Virus record (IMG/VR): IMGVR_UViG_3300042268_000564
Strand: one strand, 5' to 3'
DNA length: 64,000 nucleotides
Origin: a virus
Lineage: Duplodnaviria; Caudoviricetes
In this document: positions 59,598-64,000 of the stretch, piece after piece
How the letters are laid out: every line of letters starts with the position of its first letter
Numbering within the stretch: the first letter of the stretch is position 1
Translations under genes and position numbers: made by a program
The notes under the pieces: generated by a model
The model's input: the letters and a program-made list of their open reading frames with translations, nothing else
The model's database searches: none
Told to the model about the DNA's origin: nothing

Positions 59598-59855
59598 TTA
59601 TAGTTCAGTAAATTCACTTTCGAGCTTGGATACGGTATCTTTGATATGTTGTTCAAAGAGATTTGCCAGCTCTACAAGGAATTTGCTTGTATCGTCTTTA
59701 ACGATGTCATTGCATGGCAAGTGTTGGGCACACATGGCAATAAATTCCCTGAGTTGAGTACCAACTGCATTCGCTTCCATCTTTTCCTGTAAATCCTTGT
59801 ATCTAGCGATTGCTTGCTGGATTGCCTGAGCTTTATTAAATGTTTCTTGATTCAT
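59598..59855 (-). CDS. hypothetical coiled-coil protein
   Basis: AGGT SD; hairpin 59572-59599 follows the stop. Confidence 0.6.
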   Translation of the reverse strand: MNQETFNKAQAIQQAIARYKDLQEKMEANAVGTQLREFIAMCAQHLPCNDIVKDDTSKFLVELANLFEQHIKDTVSKLESEFTEL

Positions 59856-60135
59856 AATTTACCTACTTTGTGAAATTTTTAAGAGAAATGTTACAAAATA
59901 ACACTCCTTTATTGATGGGGGTTAGCGTTATATCTGTCGTCGGTGGAGATACGGTTATGTTTTATTAATTTTGGATTTTTCACAAAGTCTCTTGTGAGAG
60001 TATCCGAGTATAAAGCCGATTCCGTAGAATATGGTAAGTTTGAGTATTTCGTATAGGAGTTCTTTCATAGCTCTGCGTATTCCTGTTGAAGGTCTTGAAG
60101 TTTATTTTTGTTTATGTATTGGAGTTGTTCGTCAG

Positions 60136-60747
60136 TCATGTTCTTTCGTGGATTTTGCAGATTCTGATTATTTTGTCGATTCTTTCTTGGCAGTCGTGCC
60201 ATTGGCTGGGTAGAATCATGTCTACAGGTGATGCAAGCATTTCAGTTAGGATAGAGTCGGGTTCATCGAGGACTTTTTCTTCTTTATCTTCCAGCCATTC
60301 TTCGAAGTGCATTGCGAAAGCGTATGATTCCATATTTGGTGCGTCGCCAGCGAAAAGGATTGTATAGAAATCGAGGTTATATTTTGATGCGAATTGGAAT
60401 ATGTTGTTAAGGATTTGGTATTCAGCATCTTCAAGGGATTCAAATTGTTTGGTTTCTATGTCGTGTCCTGATTCTTTTTGTTTATGGTCGTAATAATCCA
60501 TTGCTACGTTTTGGAAGTAATTGTAGAGAAGCAGGAGGTCTTGAGCTTTTTGGGTATTAGTTCCTTGAGGTATATTATTGTCGAATATGGGTGTTTCTTT
60601 CCAGAGTTCTTTAACTTTGCCAGCCAATTCTTCTTTGATTGTTTCTACCAGATTCTCATCCAAGCTACGGAACAAAGCTTGAAGCTCGACTAAAGTATAT
60701 TCGTCTTTAGTCAAGGCGTTAATAATTTTTTGTTTAGAGATTTCCAT
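60136..60747 (-). CDS. acidic hypothetical protein
   Basis: 203-aa ORF in the minus-strand operon. Confidence 0.65.
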   Translation of the reverse strand: MEISKQKIINALTKDEYTLVELQALFRSLDENLVETIKEELAGKVKELWKETPIFDNNIPQGTNTQKAQDLLLLYNYFQNVAMDYYDHKQKESGHDIETKQFESLEDAEYQILNNIFQFASKYNLDFYTILFAGDAPNMESYAFAMHFEEWLEDKEEKVLDEPDSILTEMLASPVDMILPSQWHDCQERIDKIIRICKIHERT

Positions 60748-60912
60748 AGGATTCCTTTGTGATGTATCCGATGAGAGCTGTCCCTGCGTTGATGATTAGG
60801 TATACTCCTGTCTGACTGTCTAATGAGTTACCTAATAGTAGGTGGGCACCGAAGCAAATATTGCTGAAGCAGGCAAGTCCTATTGCGAGCATTGATGTTG
60901 TCTTGAGCATTT

Positions 60913-61251
60913 TCATTCAGGTTTCTCCGCAGTTGGGATTGTTTCGATGTGAGTTTTCAATGTGGTATTAGGGTTGTTTTCTATTACCACTTTCATGTAT
61001 GTGTCGACGTCGGTGGTATGATAGTCGTATTTATTTGTTGCCGGGTTGTAAGTAATAAGGAAGAATTCAAGAGTGTCGTATTGGTTTTTGAACATTTTTT
61101 TATCGACAATAATGTCGGGTGTTTTGTTGATTACTTGTGGTCGTGTTGATGTTCGGTCACCTTTAAGCATGGGAACGGTGAATCCAACGAGTATGGCCAT
61201 AATAATGGAGACAATGATAACTTCGAGCACTGTGGTTCCTTTTTTATTCAT
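60913..61251 (-). CDS. prepilin-type N-terminal cleavage/methylation protein
   Basis: MNKKG|TTVLEVIIVSIIMAILVGFTVP: basic leader, Gly-1, Glu+5, hydrophobic helix. Confidence 0.8.
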   Translation of the reverse strand: MNKKGTTVLEVIIVSIIMAILVGFTVPMLKGDRTSTRPQVINKTPDIIVDKKMFKNQYDTLEFFLITYNPATNKYDYHTTDVDTYMKVVIENNPNTTLKTHIETIPTAEKPE

Positions 61252-61616
61252 TTGTTTTCCTTTTCTGGTTTGGCGAGTTTAAGTCTTTTTTTGTTTGGTT
61301 GCCATTCAACAAAGACTTCTGTATTGAGTGGGGCATTAAAATAGGTATCTTCGTCTGCTGTTGCGAGATATTTTTTACCTTTATATTCTATTGCGACTAC
61401 TGGTGTTGGTTCGTTGTTGTAGTGGTAATTAGCAGTGATTTGTTTTTCGATTATTATAACCTTAACAAATTCTGTTTTATTTCGTTCCCTGTCGTGGTTA
61501 GCTGCGTCTGAGAGTATAAGAGTAAGTGCAGCGATGATTGCGAGGGCTAGGACAAAATACACGATGCAGCCGCAACAAGAATTATCATTATCATTTGTCA
61601 TTAGTATCCGGCTCAT
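61248..61616 (-). CDS. membrane-anchored protein
   Basis: TM segment followed by an OB-like beta region. Confidence 0.55.
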   Translation of the reverse strand: MSRILMTNDNDNSCCGCIVYFVLALAIIAALTLILSDAANHDRERNKTEFVKVIIIEKQITANYHYNNEPTPVVAIEYKGKKYLATADEDTYFNAPLNTEVFVEWQPNKKRLKLAKPEKENK

Positions 61617-61954
61617 TTCCCGTGGACTTTCTTTTCATAGACCTCTGATGGGAGAAAGATTATCCATAGCTGGTCTTTGGACATCAGTTCGAAGTGCAGG
61701 CAGCTAAGGAACATTTCATCTTTTTCGGATTCGGCAATCAATATTACTTCGTCGGAGTCAATGCTATTATCGTCAGGATTCTTAAAGTAAGTCAGTTCGA
61801 ATGAATTAGATTTGCCGCCGTGACAATTTGAGCCATAACAATCAGGGTAACGTTTTCGTTCTTTGGTATTGATGTAAAGGGAAAAGGATAGTTCAGCTTC
61901 CTTAAAGAAAGCCGAGGTTACAATGCCATGTGGGTTATTCACTATAAGCTTCAT
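61613..61954 (-). CDS. hypothetical protein
   Basis: ATGA-overlap operon. Confidence 0.55.
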   Translation of the reverse strand: MKLIVNNPHGIVTSAFFKEAELSFSLYINTKERKRYPDCYGSNCHGGKSNSFELTYFKNPDDNSIDSDEVILIAESEKDEMFLSCLHFELMSKDQLWIIFLPSEVYEKKVHGK

Positions 61955-62192
61955 GTATTTTTCTCTATGCTGAAAGAGTCTTCCATTACAGTCTCGCCGT
62001 CGTATGAATCTGATGGCACAGTGATTTTGATATTGATAGACTTTTCACCACACCAGCTAGTTTTGTCGTCTATTTGGAGTGAACATTGACTGAGTAGTAG
62101 ATACAGAAGCTCATTTCTGAAAGCTCCATCTTCTTTTATCGCTTGTAAGAGAGCAGTCTTCTCATTATCTGACATATTAATCTCCTTGCCTT

Positions 62193-62220
62193 ATTATAAA
62201 CAGCAAGTGGTGGTTGTCAA
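62193..62220 (-). promoter_or_regulatory. promoter, 16-bp spacer, for the minus-strand operon
   Basis: Reverse complement reads TTGACA-N16-TATAAT. Confidence 0.8.
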
Positions 62221-62381
62221 TTATATTTTTTGTAAAGTATTTCATGATTCAGGATTAGCAGACTTGGGGCAAAGGGGTTGCAGAATAGTTCAAAAAAACT
62301 TATAAAAAGTTGCTAAATCTTGTATAAAATTATATACTTGTATCTCTTGACAATTACACAATAATTGTGTAAACTAAAGAT

Positions 62382-62543
62382 ATGAAAAGATTTCAAATAA
62401 TGATGTCTGAGCCACTGATGGAAGACCTGAAGAAGCACGCCCAAGCTAAGGGGCTTGCGACTTCTGATGTTATTCGTCGTGCTTGCGAAGAATACTTGGC
62501 AACGGCGAAAGCCAAGGAGCAGAGTCCCCAAAAAATACCATGA
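62382..62543 (+). CDS. ribbon-helix-helix protein, near-identical to 27915-28064
   Basis: MKRFQIMMSEPLMEDLKKHAQAKGLATSDVIRRACEEYL; ATGA overlap with tnpB; not in the ORF track. Confidence 0.85.
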   Translation: MKRFQIMMSEPLMEDLKKHAQAKGLATSDVIRRACEEYLATAKAKEQSPQKIP

Positions 62544-64000
62544 GCAGTAGAACTTTCACATATCAGACAAGAATTACAATGACTTCTGGACAGTCGTTGT
62601 TGCTTGACCAATATGCTGAAATTTATAACACTGTCCAGCGGCACATGTTTGCCGAGATTGCCGCAGGCAAAACGCCAGATAAAGCAGCTTATCTTCGCAA
62701 GTTTGATATTACTGCAAGGCAATATAACGCTATTGCTGTAGCACTCAAGGGCAAAGTCGCTTCTATAAAGGCTCTACAAAAAACAAATATAGCTGACCTA
62801 GATTTTAAGGTCAAAAAACTCTTGGCTGTTATCAAGAAACTGGAAGCTAAAGCTTATCGAGCAACCACTGAAACCAGAAACAAGTTGCTATTCAAAATTC
62901 ACCAAAAGAAACGCAGACTGTCTTTATTAGAGGCAAAGCTGACAAAAGCTAGAGACAATGTCGCCTCTGGCAAAGTCAATCTTTGCTTCGGCTCGAAGAA
63001 AATATTTCGAGCACAGTTTTTTCTACAAGAAAATGGTTATGCAAATCACCAAGAATGGAAAAACAACTGGCAATCTTTGCGTAATTCAGAGTTTTTTATA
63101 CTTGGCTCTAAAGACGAGACCGCTGGTTGTCAAGGTTGTGTTGCTACAATTAACACTGACGGCTCATACAATTTGCGACTACGCTTGCCTAATGCTGTAG
63201 GCAGATACATTCATTTTGAGAATATAGTTTTTGCCTATGGGCAAGATAAAATCTTTGAATCATTGCAAGCGAAGCGAGCCTTATCCTATCGCTTTAAGCG
63301 AGATAAGAAAGGTTGGCGAATATTTGTCAGCACGGTAATGGAACGAGAAACTACGTCCAATATAGGCTGTGGCGCGATTGGCGTAGACTTAAATGCGAAC
63401 TGTGTTGCTGTGTCTGAAACAGATAGATACGGCAACTTAGTTTTTACCAAAGTAATTCCATGTGTTACCCGTGGCAAAAATTCCGAACAAACAAAAGCAA
63501 TTATTGGTGATGCTGTAAAACAAATATCCCTTATGGTTTCGAGTTCTGGGAAGCCTGTGGTCATTGAGAAGCTTGATTTTCAGCGCAAAAAGTTGGAATT
63601 ATCTTATGACAATGGCATGTTGTCTAACTTCGCATACTCAATGTTTGACTCAATGATTCATGCCAAGTGCTTTCGAGACTCAAACGAAGTAATTGAGGTT
63701 AATCCGGCTTATACTTCTGTGATTGGTTCCGTGAACTATGCACAGAAGCATGGTATAAGTGTCCATCAATCCGCTGCGTTAGCAATAGCACGGCGGGGAA
63801 TGAGACTTTCTGAGCGTCCGTCTGCACGAATGGCAGTGATGCCAGTTCGTAATGGAGGTCATGTCACCTTCTTGCTACCTGCAAGGAATCGCAAGAAGCA
63901 TGTGTGGTCTTTCTGGTCGGATGTTCGGAAATTGTCTCAAGTAGTGCGTACAGCACATTTTCGGTCGGGTGGTCATAAAAAGCCACCTGCACCTTTGTCG
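62540..64000 (+). mobile_element. tnpB: long TnpB-related protein (partial, runs off the window)
   Basis: MSSRTFTYQTRI...GSK...GAIGVDLNA...VVIEKLDF...VNPAYTSVIG...VHQSAALAIARRG; no stop seen in frame. Confidence 0.85.

Noticed and set aside
52-63564. Numerous antisense and alternate-frame ORFs in the track (e.g. 52-546, 7014-7607, 47590-48102, 62393-62722, 63286-63564)
   Set aside because: They are shadows of better-supported genes on the opposite strand or frame.
1-64000. CRISPR array, tRNA or rRNA genes
   Set aside because: No regularly spaced repeats, cloverleaf with T-loop consensus, or rRNA signature seen by eye; a tRNA scan is still advisable.

Overview
A 64-kb segment of a large (jumbo-type) AT-rich bacteriophage genome, standard genetic code, with no core replication or capsid genes in view. 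It is an accessory region of well over 100 mostly short, tightly packed genes. Recognisable products: nine DNA/nucleic-acid modification enzymes (six beta-class N4C/N6A methyltransferases, a phage Dam-type MTase, an HTH-fused MTase with a Trm1-like motif, a Mom-like GNAT enzyme), an RlmN/Cfr-like radical SAM enzyme split by a LAGLIDADG intein, a second radical SAM protein, KptA/Tpt1, thioredoxin, Hsp20 (sigma54 promoter), an M23 peptidase, YopX, a GIY-YIG endonuclease, a prepilin-like protein and three transposase-less TnpB genes. Most striking observations: (1) a shared C-terminal tag, E-x-D-M-F-[DE]*, on most of the modification enzymes, plus a looser [DE]/x-hydrophobic-hydrophobic* ending on about 30 other proteins, possibly a sliding-clamp or other docking address; (2) an approximately 805-nt highly structured ncRNA at 32844-33648 with boxA-like leader and terminator; (3) many TTGACA-N16-TATAAT promoters, often with ATG exactly 6 nt after the -10 box (leaderless mRNAs), plus a stand-alone tandem IF2-N-like protein; (4) a tandem array of 13 or more diverged paralogs running into a sharp strand-composition switch and repeat-rich non-coding hub at about 58.5-60 kb. 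All calls come from motif reading by eye; no searches were run.
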